Assembly: GCA_036338695.1 (NCBI GenBank)
Contig: JAYZBQ010000048.1
Coordinates: 96,001 to 160,000, forward strand
Reading direction: 5' to 3'
Origin: Myxococcota bacterium
GTDB taxonomy: Bacteria; Myxococcota; UBA4151
Length of the DNA stretch: 64,000 nt
Of this stretch, positions 19,542-29,357 are shown in pieces. The first letter of the stretch is position 1. Every line of letters begins with the position of its first letter. The notes beneath the pieces were generated by a model. That model saw nothing but the letters and a program-made list of their open reading frames with translations, was not told where the DNA came from and made no database searches. The translations under genes and the position numbers were made by a program.

Positions 19542-20661
19542 GAACGCCTCCGTGTCCCTTGAAACGAAGCAACCGATCGTTGTCCAGAAATATGGTGGGT
19601 CGTCTCTTGCGAGCCCGCAAGCGATCCAGCGTGTCGCCGACGCCGTCGTGGCGCGCGTGCGCGAAGGAAACCAGTTAGTCGTGGTGGTCTCGGCGATGGG
19701 TGGCTCGACCGACGCACTCATCGAGCTGGCAGGAGACGTCTCGGCTCGCCCCCGGCGTCGTGAGCTCGATATGCTGCTCTCCACGGGCGAGCGTGTGACC
19801 ATGTCGCTGCTGAGTATGGCGATCGCCGACCGCGGCATCGAGGCGATCAGCTTTACAGGGTCGCAGTGTGGGATCATCACCAACGACACGCACACCGATG
19901 CCCGCATCATCGACGTGCGTCCCGTGCGGGTCGAAGACGAGCTCCGGCGCGGGCGCGTCGTGATCGCAGCCGGGTTTCAAGGGATGAGTTATACCCGCGA
20001 GATCACAACGCTCGGACGAGGTGGCTCAGACACGACCGCGCTGGCGCTGGCTGCGGCGCTCGGGGCAGACTTCTGCGAAATTTATTCGGACGTAGAGGGT
20101 GTGTTTAGCGCCGACCCACGATGCATCAACGACGCACAGCTCATCGATCAGATCAGCTTCGGCACGCTCGAGACGCTGGCGCGCGGCGGCGCGCGCGTCC
20201 TGCACCCTGACGCCGTCGCATGGGCGCGACGAGCGGGGATCGCTTTTCGGACACGCCGAACCGGCGGCTCAGGATTCGGCACCCATGTCGGCGCCTCGGC
20301 GGGTGACGGCGTCATGGCAGTCACGAGCAGCGCTCAGCGTCGCTTCGTGCGACACCACCAGGTGACCTCTGACCTGACGGGGTGTATCATCCATGCGGAC
20401 GCTGAGGGCTACCTCATCGACAGCGAAAACCTGCATAACGAACACCCGGGCGAACCATGCCAGACGCTCACGATCGCCGGAGAGGCCCTCCTGAGGGACA
20501 CGTCGATCGCCTCACGGTTCATCGACCTGCTCCCGCCGGGGTCGACCTGGTGGGGTGACCGCTACGGCCTGCACGCACGCCTCGACCCCGACACGGACCT
20601 GTCAGCGCTTACGCAAGCTGCTCACGACGCCTTCGTCGCGCCAGAGACCACCCCAAAATAA
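19540..20661 (+). CDS. lysC: Aspartate kinase
   Basis: [42 protein letters not shown]. Confidence 0.9.
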   Translation: MNASVSLETKQPIVVQKYGGSSLASPQAIQRVADAVVARVREGNQLVVVVSAMGGSTDALIELAGDVSARPRRRELDMLLSTGERVTMSLLSMAIADRGIEAISFTGSQCGIITNDTHTDARIIDVRPVRVEDELRRGRVVIAAGFQGMSYTREITTLGRGGSDTTALALAAALGADFCEIYSDVEGVFSADPRCINDAQLIDQISFGTLETLARGGARVLHPDAVAWARRAGIAFRTRRTGGSGFGTHVGASAGDGVMAVTSSAQRRFVRHHQVTSDLTGCIIHADAEGYLIDSENLHNEHPGEPCQTLTIAGEALLRDTSIASRFIDLLPPGSTWWGDRYGLHARLDPDTDLSALTQAAHDAFVAPETTPK

Positions 20662-21940
20662 GGCAACACGCCCCCCCAAAAATCCAATCTCCGAGCCACC
20701 CGCGCAGCGCCCACCGGGGCGCAGGCAGCGACTCGAGCCGGAGCACGCCCGGGCTGTAGGGCTCGAGCTGGTTCACGATCTGCCCGCGCGGCGAGACGAG
20801 GTACGTCAGCCCATCCTGCCCAGCTCGCACCAAACTCCTTCCCGTCTCAAGCGCCCGCAAGCGGCTTTCTCGCTCAAAGGCTCGCCGAGGCGCGCTCCTC
20901 CCCACACCGGCGTCGTTTGACAGGACCAAAAGCCAGCCGGCGCTCGGGTCGCTGTAGCGCGGGTAAACGGACTCAATGCAGAGCTGAACCCTGCCACCAA
21001 AGGGCAGCTCGGCGTCAGCGGACCGCAACGCCTCAAATTCTCGCTCGACCACCGGCACCACGGCGCGCTTGGTCTGAAACACGGGCTCAGGGCGGTCAGA
21101 CCGCCAGACCATGGCGCTGTTCCTCAAGGCACCGTCGAGGTGGTAATTGACGCCGGCGACCAAGTCATCGCCACGCCCATGCAGCGCACGGTAGGCGCGC
21201 GTCATCGGCCCCGATCCCCAGGTCTCACGAACCGCCGTCTCAGGAAGAATCAGCAACCGCCCGGGTCGCTCACGAGCCGCCACCTCGAGATAACGAGCGT
21301 TGATCAACTGCGCAGCGTCTGGATCCACGCTGGCTTGTCGGTAGACCCAATTGGGCAGCCCCCCTTGAATCACGCTCGCCTTCAGCGGGATCGGCTCACC
21401 CTGGACCGGGCGCAACAGCTCGTGCGCCCCCGTTATCACGATCAACACCAGCAGCAAGACAGCGCCTCGGCGACGAAAAGCTGGCTCGACCAGCGCATAC
21501 GAGACACCGCCACAGATCGCCGTGAGCAACGCCCCGCCGCCCCAAGCAGCTGGTAGCCCAAGCCACCACCACGCGGCGAGGTCATGCCCGCACGACAGCG
21601 GCAGGGTCAGCACCGAGGTCGTCCTCAACCCCTGACCGACCACCAGCACAGACAAGGGCAACACAGGTCCGGATCGTAACGACACCGCCCAGGCGAGCGC
21701 GCCGCGCGCAAGCCCGCCTTGCAGGGCAAGCGTCATGGGAATCATCACCGTGTAGCCCGAAGCCCCCCACATGGTGAGCGAGACCTCAAAGAAGCCGCAA
21801 AGAAATCCAAACGTGAAGGCTCGCTCCCGGCGCAGGGACAGCGCCATCATCGGCGCAAGCGCCACGAGCCCAAGCGGACCGCCGAGGTCGTGACTCAGCG
21901 CCAGCGGCAGCGCACAAAGCAGCGCCCAGACCACGATCAT
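20609..21940 (-). CDS. lnt: Apolipoprotein N-acyltransferase-like protein (membrane domain plus nitrilase fold)
   Basis: Multi-TM N-terminus; triad-like motifs LPET (Glu), TKRAVVP (Lys), LCIES (Cys); SND and RALETGR. ATG 21940 overlaps the upstream stop. Confidence 0.75.
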   Translation of the reverse strand: MIVVWALLCALPLALSHDLGGPLGLVALAPMMALSLRRERAFTFGFLCGFFEVSLTMWGASGYTVMIPMTLALQGGLARGALAWAVSLRSGPVLPLSVLVVGQGLRTTSVLTLPLSCGHDLAAWWWLGLPAAWGGGALLTAICGGVSYALVEPAFRRRGAVLLLVLIVITGAHELLRPVQGEPIPLKASVIQGGLPNWVYRQASVDPDAAQLINARYLEVAARERPGRLLILPETAVRETWGSGPMTRAYRALHGRGDDLVAGVNYHLDGALRNSAMVWRSDRPEPVFQTKRAVVPVVEREFEALRSADAELPFGGRVQLCIESVYPRYSDPSAGWLLVLSNDAGVGRSAPRRAFERESRLRALETGRSLVRAGQDGLTYLVSPRGQIVNQLEPYSPGVLRLESLPAPRWALRGWLGDWIFGGACCLILGWSLARRRRREQLA

Positions 21941-22383
21941 CGCAGCGGACCCCACCACGCCGAACCATACAGTGAGCGAAACCGAGCGCGCGGCCAGACG
22001 CCGGCGCCCTGCCCCTCCAGCACCACCTCAAGCCGATCGCTGCGCTCACCCCACAGAATGATCCACTGACCGTCATGCCGAACCAGCGCCGGCGCATCGG
22101 GGCGTTCGCCAACACCGCGCTGAGCGCCCGTCTGCCCCAGCCGGCGCAACCACGCGCCCGGGTCCGACTCGCCGGGCCAAGCCGGCACGCCGGCGCACGC
22201 ACCGCGGCACAAAAAAGAGGCGCCCGTCGTACGGCGCATTGCGTCGCGCTGGAGCAACCCGTCGACCTGCATGGGCGCTTCGAGCTGACCGGGCACGGGG
22301 TGCCGCTTGGCGGCGCCGACGTTACGGACCCCAAAGACGACACCGCACAAGAGGCAGAGCGCCACCAACAGTCGTTCATCCAC
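21937..22383 (-). CDS. Hypothetical protein with N-terminal hydrophobic anchor
   Basis: Fills the gap upstream of lnt and is translationally coupled to it (ATGA). The GTG start is inferred. Confidence 0.5.
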   Translation of the reverse strand: MDERLLVALCLLCGVVFGVRNVGAAKRHPVPGQLEAPMQVDGLLQRDAMRRTTGASFLCRGACAGVPAWPGESDPGAWLRRLGQTGAQRGVGERPDAPALVRHDGQWIILWGERSDRLEVVLEGQGAGVWPRARFRSLYGSAWWGPLR

Positions 22384-22452
22384 GCGCTTCACCGATTGAC
22401 ATCCAGAGCCAAGATGGGTTGCTACCTCCCCGGTACGCAAAGGAGTTCCAGC

Positions 22453-23157
22453 GTGGTTGTACCGTTCTTCGCCGCTCCCGCAAAAGCCTCGATGGACTGG
22501 GGCGCTATGATCGCCCACAGCGGCCCCGTGGGTATCTTCGTAATGCTCAGCCTAGTCGCCATGTCGATCGCTTGCTGGGGGATCATCATCCTCAAGTTCA
22601 ATCAACTGCGCGTCGCCGAGCGCCAAACTCAAGCCTTCTTGGACTGTTTCTGGAACGCGAGCGACCTCGAGGTCGTGTACCAGAAAAGCCAGACGCTCGA
22701 GCGCTCTCCGGTGGCGCAGCAGTTTGTGGCCGGCTACCGAGAGCTTGGGCGAGCCGGGGCAGAGAGCGGCGGCAGCTTTGCGGTTGAGCTCGGCAGCTTT
22801 GAGAACATCGAGAGAGCCCTCCAGCGAGCAGGTCTCGACGAGCGCCTCGAGCTCGAGCGGCTGACCAGCTTTTTGGCCACAACGGCCTCTGCGGCGCCTT
22901 TTATCGGTCTGTTCGGGACCGTCGTCGGGATCATCCGCGCCTTCCAAGACATCGGTCTACAGGGCTCAGCGAACCTCGCCACGGTGGCGCCAGGTATCAG
23001 CGAGGCGCTGGTCGTGACTGCCGCCGGCCTCGCCGCAGCGATCCCAGCTGTGATCGCCTACAACTACTTCCTGAGCCGCATCCGCGTGCTGCGATCCGAG
23101 ATGGAAAGTTTCACGCGCGACTTTCTCAATATCGTCAAAAGGCACTTCTTCAGCTAG
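22453..23157 (+). CDS. tolQ: MotA/TolQ/ExbB proton-channel protein (TolQ-like)
   Basis: AGGAG RBS before GTG 22453; APFIGLFGTVVGI...VAPGISEALVVTAAGLAAAIPAVIAYN. Confidence 0.88.
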   Translation: MVVPFFAAPAKASMDWGAMIAHSGPVGIFVMLSLVAMSIACWGIIILKFNQLRVAERQTQAFLDCFWNASDLEVVYQKSQTLERSPVAQQFVAGYRELGRAGAESGGSFAVELGSFENIERALQRAGLDERLELERLTSFLATTASAAPFIGLFGTVVGIIRAFQDIGLQGSANLATVAPGISEALVVTAAGLAAAIPAVIAYNYFLSRIRVLRSEMESFTRDFLNIVKRHFFS

Positions 23158-23196
23158 GGTGCTCCCTGTTCGCTGTTTGAGAACCGGGGGGAAGCG

Positions 23197-23502
23197 ATGA
23201 ACAAATCCGACTTAATCCGTTACGTGACGCAGGAGCTCGACGGGCGCATTAGCCAGCGCCTCGCAGGCGATGTGGTCGACGCCGTCTTTAAGGGGCTCTC
23301 GGCGGGGATGATCGAGGGCGGAGACGGAAGCACCGTCCGAATCAACGGGTTTGGCACCTTCCAAGTCCGCACGCAAAAGCCGCGGATCAGCTACGGGTTT
23401 AACCTGACCAAAGGGGGCGGCAAACCGGTCCACATCGAGGCGCGCAAGACGGTACACTTCAAAGCGAGTGACCTGCTGCGAGCAGAGCTCCGCAACCACT
23501 AA
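23197..23502 (+). CDS. HU/IHF family DNA-binding protein
   Basis: MNKSDLI start, VRINGFGTF, and 'ARKTVHFKAS' C-terminal motif. Confidence 0.9.
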   Translation: MNKSDLIRYVTQELDGRISQRLAGDVVDAVFKGLSAGMIEGGDGSTVRINGFGTFQVRTQKPRISYGFNLTKGGGKPVHIEARKTVHFKASDLLRAELRNH

Positions 23503-24380
23503 TTTAGATGCCGAGCGCCCTGCCGCAGCTGACCGCTGTCCGCGCGCAGGAGCTGAATCTCCTCTACCAACTCGGATACAAGCCGGGTCACCAGACGGCT
23601 GTCCGTCTGCAACTGAATCTGCGCTTTAGCGTACAAGGGCTCGCGTCGAACCAGCAGCAGCCGCAGCTGCGCCAGCGCCGCCTCTTGGCCCGACATCGGC
23701 CGGCGATCCCCTTGCTCGACAACTCGAGACCAGAGCGTCTCAGCGGTGGCGCTCACATAGACCGACAGCGCGCAGCGCAGCAGCAGCTCGTGGCTCTGCA
23801 GGTGCTCCACGACGCCGCCCCCGGTCGCCAGCACCAGCGCCTGGTCCTGCATCAAAAGGTCCGCCAAACACCGGTGCTCGATCTGACGATAATAGCGCTC
23901 GCCATAAAGCGAGATCAGCTCGGCGATGGGTAACCCTGAGGCGGCCTGGACGCGGTCATCGAGCTCGACAAACGGGAGCCCGAGGCGCTGCGCAAGCTGG
24001 GCTCCGAGCGTCGACTTGCCGGCGCCACGCACCCCGAGCAGCGCGATCACGCGACGCTGACGCTGCTCGTAACGTAGCTCAAGCTCACGAGCGATCGCGC
24101 TCAGCTCGTCGTAAGTGCGCCCCTCAAGGACACGCTCGATGCGTGCGCGCGGACCGTCCAGCCTAGGTCGAACCAGGAGATCGACGACGGCTAGACCGAG
24201 CGCACCAGCCAGCTGCTCCAAGGCTTTCAAGCTCGGGTTGGCGCGCCCGCCTTCAACCTCGGTGATGTAGCGCGGCGAGAGCGATGCGCCGCTCGCCAGC
24301 GCCAACACCGACCAACCTCGCTCCAGACGCAGCTGGCGCACGCGTCGCCCAAGGGCGTGTTGAGACGGCTTACTGGGCAT
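23499..24380 (-). CDS. boxR: BzdR/BoxR-type regulator (XRE HTH plus shikimate-kinase-like domain)
   Basis: N-terminal XRE HTH (LSPRYITEVEGGRANPS), then ALLGVRGAGKSTLG, ATGGG and QGDRRPM; divergent from boxCB. Confidence 0.9.
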   Translation of the reverse strand: MPSKPSQHALGRRVRQLRLERGWSVLALASGASLSPRYITEVEGGRANPSLKALEQLAGALGLAVVDLLVRPRLDGPRARIERVLEGRTYDELSAIARELELRYEQRQRRVIALLGVRGAGKSTLGAQLAQRLGLPFVELDDRVQAASGLPIAELISLYGERYYRQIEHRCLADLLMQDQALVLATGGGVVEHLQSHELLLRCALSVYVSATAETLWSRVVEQGDRRPMSGQEAALAQLRLLLVRREPLYAKAQIQLQTDSRLVTRLVSELVEEIQLLRADSGQLRQGARHLN

Positions 24381-24479
24381 TATACTGCTCGCAAATAGGA
24401 CCTCCGATGCGCTTCATAGTGCTTGGTAAACCGAGCGCTGTCGAGGCATACAAGGACTCGGATTGTTTGCGGAGTCCTC

Positions 24480-26123
24480 ATGACCATCACGTTCCAACGC
24501 CACCCTTCAACCTATCATCACTGGTCACTCGATGTAGAGGGAGCCATCGCGACGGTCACCATGGGGGTCAACCCAGACCAGCCGCTCAATCCCGGCTACG
24601 AGCTCAAGCTGAACTCGTATGACCTCGGCGTCGACATCGAGCTCGCCGACCTGCTGATGCGGCTCCGCTTTGAGCACCCCGGCGTCAAGGTGGTGGTCCT
24701 GCGTGCGAACGATGACAAGGTCTGGTGCGCCGGCGCGAACATCCTCATGTTGCGGTCGTCGTCGCACCACTTCAAGGTCAACTTCTGTAAGTTCACGAAC
24801 GAGACGCGCTTCGCCATCGAAGACGCACAAAAGCATTCCGGACAACATTGGATCGCAGCGGTCCGAGGCGTCTGCGCAGGAGGCGGCTATGAGCTCGCCG
24901 TCTGCGCCAACGAGATCTTGCTCGCCGACGACGGCCGCTCCGCTGTGAGCCTCCCCGAGGTGCCGCTGCTCGGTGTTCTCCCCGGGACCGGCGGTCTGAC
25001 GCGCGTGGTCGACAAGCGTAAAGTGCGTCGAGACCACGCCGACGTTTTCTCGACGCTCTCCGACGGCGTGCGGGGTAAGCGCGCCAAGAGCTGGCGCCTG
25101 GTCGATGAGGCGATCCCGCTGTCACGCTTCGAAGACCGCATCGGCGAACGCGCTCAGGAGGTGGCGGCAACCGCTCCGGCGCCGCAACCAGGGATTGAGT
25201 TGACGGAGCTCACCTTCGAGCACAGCGATTCCGGCTATCAGTTTGAGTACGTCGACTTGTCGATCGAAGCGGATCAGCGCCTCGCAACGTTGACGATGCG
25301 CGCACCGCATCAAAGCGCCGCCGAGATCGCAGCGCTCAGCGCCGAGGCGATCCGAGCGCAAGGCGAGAACTTCTGGGCATTCAAGGCGTACCGGGAGCTC
25401 AACGAAGCGTTGCTGCACCTGCGCTTCAACCACATCGAAGTCGGCACAGTGCTTATAAAAACATCGGGCGATGCGGACGCCGCTTTGGCCATGGACGCCA
25501 AACTCAGCGAGCTGCAGGCATCGGACTGGTTCGTGCGTGAGGTCGTCCTGTACATGGGCTTTGTGCTGCGCCGGCTCGACCTCACGGCGCGTTCCTTTTA
25601 CGCGCTCATGGAAGAGGGCAGCTGCTTCGCTGGCAGCCTGCTCGAGCTCGGGTTGGCGGCGGATCGGAGCTACCTGCTCGAGGATGAAGCGGGTGAGAAC
25701 GGGGTCGCGATCGGAGCTCTTTCGGGCGGCGATCTGCCGATGTCGAACGGGCTGTCACGGATCGACTGTCGCTTCTTGCATGACCCAGAAGCCGGAAAAG
25801 CGCTCGCTGAAGGCCAAGGCCGCTACTACGGCGTCGAGGCGGAGGATGCAGGCCTGGTGACCTTCGCCCTCGACGACATCGACTACCCGGACGAAGTCCG
25901 CCCAGCGATCGAAGAGCGCGCCAGCCTCTCGCCCGATGCGCTCACCGGGATGGAGGCGAACTTGCGTTTCGCCGGCGCCGAGACCGTGGAAACAAAAGTG
26001 TTCGGTCGCCTGTCTGCATGGCAGAACTGGATCTTTCAACGCCCCAACGCCGTCGGGGAATCGGGGGCTCTGCAGAGCTTCGGGGAGCCGACGACACCCA
26101 AGTTTGACTGGAGGAGAACCTAA
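24480..26123 (+). CDS. boxC: 2,3-epoxybenzoyl-CoA dihydrolase
   Basis: YELKLNSYDLGVDIEL, KVNFCKFTNETR, SLPEVPLLGVLPGTGG and RLSAWQNWIFQRPNAVG are BoxC signatures; GGAG RBS before ATG 24480. Confidence 0.95.
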   Translation: MTITFQRHPSTYHHWSLDVEGAIATVTMGVNPDQPLNPGYELKLNSYDLGVDIELADLLMRLRFEHPGVKVVVLRANDDKVWCAGANILMLRSSSHHFKVNFCKFTNETRFAIEDAQKHSGQHWIAAVRGVCAGGGYELAVCANEILLADDGRSAVSLPEVPLLGVLPGTGGLTRVVDKRKVRRDHADVFSTLSDGVRGKRAKSWRLVDEAIPLSRFEDRIGERAQEVAATAPAPQPGIELTELTFEHSDSGYQFEYVDLSIEADQRLATLTMRAPHQSAAEIAALSAEAIRAQGENFWAFKAYRELNEALLHLRFNHIEVGTVLIKTSGDADAALAMDAKLSELQASDWFVREVVLYMGFVLRRLDLTARSFYALMEEGSCFAGSLLELGLAADRSYLLEDEAGENGVAIGALSGGDLPMSNGLSRIDCRFLHDPEAGKALAEGQGRYYGVEAEDAGLVTFALDDIDYPDEVRPAIEERASLSPDALTGMEANLRFAGAETVETKVFGRLSAWQNWIFQRPNAVGESGALQSFGEPTTPKFDWRRT

Positions 26124-27562
26124 TGGTCGCAACATCGGTAGACTACGAAGCCCGGATCCCGAACAACGTCGGGCTGTCCTCGGATCGTCGCCTTCAGCGA
26201 GCGCTCGAGCGCTGGCTCCCAAACTACATCGACTGGTGGCGCACGATGGGCCCTGAGGGCTTTCAAGACGACAACATCTACCTGCGCACCGCGGTCAGCG
26301 TCGAGAAGTCAGGGTGGGCGCAGTTTGATTATGTCAAAATGCCGGACTACCGCTGGGGTATCTTCCTCAACCCAACCGAAGAGGATCGCAAGATCGGGTT
26401 TGGTGACCACTACGGAAAAGACGCTTGGGATCAGGTCCCCGGAGAATACCGCAACGCGCTGCGCCGCATCGTCGTGACGCAGGCGGACACCGAGCCAGCG
26501 TCTGTGGAGCAGCAGCGCCTGCTCGGGCAGTGCTGCCCCTCGCTCTACGACCTGCGCAACCTCTTCCAGATCAACGTTGAAGAGGGGCGCCACCTGTGGG
26601 CGATGGTTTACCTGCTGCACTCCTACTTTGGGCGCGACGGGCGAGAGGAAGCCGAAGAGTTGCTCGAGCGGCAGTCAGGAAACCCGGACAAACCGCGTAT
26701 TTTGAACGTCTTTAATGAGCCGATCGAAGACTGGCTCAGCTTCTTCTGCTTTGCGACCTTTACGGACCGAGACGGCAAGTATCAGCTCGGCGCGCTCGCC
26801 GAGAGCGCCTTTACGCCGCTGGCTGCCAGCACCCGCTTCATGCTGACCGAAGAGGCGCACCACCTCTTCGTCGGGCAGACCGGCGTTGAGCGCATCATCA
26901 AACGGACGTGCGAGCTCATGAAGGGCGATGCAGACCACGACGTCACGAAGGACGGCGGCATCCCGCTGCAGATCATCCAGCGCTACATCAACCGCTGGTA
27001 CAGCCTGAGCCTCGACCTGTTCGGATCCGAGGTCTCAAGCAACGGCGCTACCTTCTTCGCCAACAGCCTTAAGGGGCGGTTCCAAGAGCAGCGACGCTGG
27101 GACGACCACATCGGACTCGAAGGCTGCAAGGTGATGGACGTCGTCAAGGACGGCGCCGTCGCGCACGAGGAGGTGCCGCTGCGCAATGCGATGAACGAAG
27201 TGCTGCGCGATGAGTACATCAAAGACTGCCAGACGGTGATGACCTCATGGAATCGAGTCTGCAAAAAGGCGGGCATCGACTTTCAGTTTACGCTGCCGGA
27301 CCGAAAGTTTCACCGCCACCAAGGCGAGTACGCAGGGCACTTCTTCAACCCGCAGGGTGAGCTGATCGACCAGGAGCAGTTCGAGGCAAACCAAGACACT
27401 TGGATCGCCTCAGATGAGGACCGTGCGTACGTTAAATCACTGATGGTTCAGGTCACCAAGCCCGGCGAGTTCGCTCACTGGATCGCACCGCCCAAACGCG
27501 GCATCAACGGGAACCCGATCGAATTCGAATACGTCAAGTTTACCCAGCACGTCCGGGACTAG
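26123..27562 (+). CDS. boxB: Benzoyl-CoA 2,3-epoxidase subunit B (di-iron)
   Basis: IPNNVGL, TQADTEPASVEQQ, NVEEGRHLWAMVYLL, TDRDGKYQL, TEEAHH di-iron motifs; TAATG coupling to boxC. Confidence 0.96.
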   Translation: MVATSVDYEARIPNNVGLSSDRRLQRALERWLPNYIDWWRTMGPEGFQDDNIYLRTAVSVEKSGWAQFDYVKMPDYRWGIFLNPTEEDRKIGFGDHYGKDAWDQVPGEYRNALRRIVVTQADTEPASVEQQRLLGQCCPSLYDLRNLFQINVEEGRHLWAMVYLLHSYFGRDGREEAEELLERQSGNPDKPRILNVFNEPIEDWLSFFCFATFTDRDGKYQLGALAESAFTPLAASTRFMLTEEAHHLFVGQTGVERIIKRTCELMKGDADHDVTKDGGIPLQIIQRYINRWYSLSLDLFGSEVSSNGATFFANSLKGRFQEQRRWDDHIGLEGCKVMDVVKDGAVAHEEVPLRNAMNEVLRDEYIKDCQTVMTSWNRVCKKAGIDFQFTLPDRKFHRHQGEYAGHFFNPQGELIDQEQFEANQDTWIASDEDRAYVKSLMVQVTKPGEFAHWIAPPKRGINGNPIEFEYVKFTQHVRD

Positions 27563-27566
27563 TCGA

Positions 27567-29357
27567 CTACGGAGCAGGTTGGGCGCAGCGAAAGCCGATG
27601 CGGTCGCTCGCTCGCCTGCCGTTGGCGCGCACATAGGCAGGGCCGAAGTCACCGCGCAGGGTGCCCGCCATGCCCTCTTCAAAGGGCACCACCGGATCTC
27701 TGAGCGGCAAGCCCTGCTCGACCTGAGAGCCGTAGACGCGGAAGCGGTAGCCATCCAATGTCCACTCGCGGACGTTGCCAATGAGATCACAGACGCCTTG
27801 CGGATTGTTGCCGTCTGTTGCGGAGCATGGTGGTTTCCACTGTCCGCCGCGTGCGCAGAGGTCCGCGTCTCGATCACTGTTGACCAGCTGCCGCACCGCG
27901 TAGCCACAGCTCGGCGTCGGCGCTGCACCCCAAGGGTAGGGGTGGGCCTCCGGTCCACGCGCCGCAAACTCCCACTGCGCCTCGGTCGGAAGCGTCTTAC
28001 CGAGCCAGTTGCAGTAGGCGAGCGCGTCCGCACGCGTCACCTGCGTCACCGGTTTGAGCTCATCACCCTGAAAGCGCTGAGCGTCCTCGATGGTCTCACG
28101 CCAGCCGTCAGGCCGTTGATGCTCCGGGTGAATCTCAAGAAACTGCCGATACCGGCCGACCGTGACCTCCTTGCGGTCCAGCAAGAAGGTGCTCAAACAC
28201 GTCTCATGCGCAGGGCCGTAATCGGCTGAGCCGTCTAAGCCGCGTGCGAAGCAGCCTGCAGGGATCTCAACAGGTAACAGGTCCTCTCGACAGTCGGCGG
28301 CGCAGTCGTCGAGGTCGAGGGTGTTGCCGTCATCGCAGCGCTCTGCGGGAAAGACCACCACCCCGTCGCCGCATTGCGAAGTGATCTGCTGGCAATCCGC
28401 CGAGCAGTAATCGCCATCCTCGGTGTTGCCGTCATCGCAGGCCTCATAGCCCTCCTCGCCCGGGGCGAGCCCCTCGCGCAAGAAACCGTCACCGCAACGA
28501 TTAAAGACGCACCCTTCAACGCAGGCGTCGTTGTTACTCTCTTCGCCGTCGTCACAGAATTCATAGGCGCTGTTGGCACAGCGTCCCGCGACGCACCGCT
28601 CACCCTCAGCGCAGTCATTACCACCCGGTCGGCACACCGACTCGCTGCCGATCTCGACGTCTGTTCGCAAGACCCCATCACCGCAACGGGCGCTCAAGCA
28701 GTCGGCGCCGCAGGCGTCAGCGGGCTCCTCGTTGCCGTCATCACAAGCCTCGTAGAGCGGGTCGAGGCAGCGCCCGTCACGGCACACCTCTTGCCCCTCG
28801 CAGGTGCTGCTGTCGGCGCAGGGCGTCTCGCTACCGGGCGCACGATCCTGGCGTACGATGGCGTCACCACAGCGGTGGCGGTCGCAAGCGGTCGTGCAGC
28901 CATCTTCCTGGTTATCGTTCTGGTCATCACAGCTCTCATACCCAGGCTCGCCCGGCTGTTTATCGAGCCGTGTGATGCCATCACCGCATGCCGCATTCTC
29001 ACAGGTGCTCCGGCAAGCATCGGCGTCGTTGTCGTTGGCGTCATCACACTCTTCGTCCGGATCCTTAACGCCATCACCGCAGCGATCGAACGAGCAGCGC
29101 AGGCTGCAGTCGCTGTCGAGCGTCGGCTCGCAGGCTTCGTAGTCAGGCGCGCCAGGATCGAGATCAATGCGCACGACACCGTCGCCACAACGCGCCAGAC
29201 GACACAGGTTGGTGCACTCGTCGGCTGGGTCCGGGTTACCGTCGTCACACTCCTCGCTCGGGTCGACGACACCGTCGAGGTTGCAGACCGGGAGGTCTGG
29301 GATCGGGGTACACTGAACAAACACGAGCCACACAGGGACCCAGCGCAGCCACCTCAT
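27567..29357 (-). CDS. Lipoprotein with myxococcal Cys-rich repeats and a C-terminal FGE-sulfatase (SUMF1/CLec) domain
   Basis: Signal ending VQC; repeated CGDG...E.CDDGN....D.C units; LPTEAQWEFAARG, DLIGNVREW, IGFRCA. Confidence 0.9.
   Translation of the reverse strand: MRWLRWVPVWLVFVQCTPIPDLPVCNLDGVVDPSEECDDGNPDPADECTNLCRLARCGDGVVRIDLDPGAPDYEACEPTLDSDCSLRCSFDRCGDGVKDPDEECDDANDNDADACRSTCENAACGDGITRLDKQPGEPGYESCDDQNDNQEDGCTTACDRHRCGDAIVRQDRAPGSETPCADSSTCEGQEVCRDGRCLDPLYEACDDGNEEPADACGADCLSARCGDGVLRTDVEIGSESVCRPGGNDCAEGERCVAGRCANSAYEFCDDGEESNNDACVEGCVFNRCGDGFLREGLAPGEEGYEACDDGNTEDGDYCSADCQQITSQCGDGVVVFPAERCDDGNTLDLDDCAADCREDLLPVEIPAGCFARGLDGSADYGPAHETCLSTFLLDRKEVTVGRYRQFLEIHPEHQRPDGWRETIEDAQRFQGDELKPVTQVTRADALAYCNWLGKTLPTEAQWEFAARGPEAHPYPWGAAPTPSCGYAVRQLVNSDRDADLCARGGQWKPPCSATDGNNPQGVCDLIGNVREWTLDGYRFRVYGSQVEQGLPLRDPVVPFEEGMAGTLRGDFGPAYVRANGRRASDRIGFRCAQPAP

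Noticed and set aside
27567..27760. Diversity-generating retroelement target (FGE/CLec C-terminus)
   Set aside because: No reverse transcriptase and no second near-identical template repeat noticed in the window.
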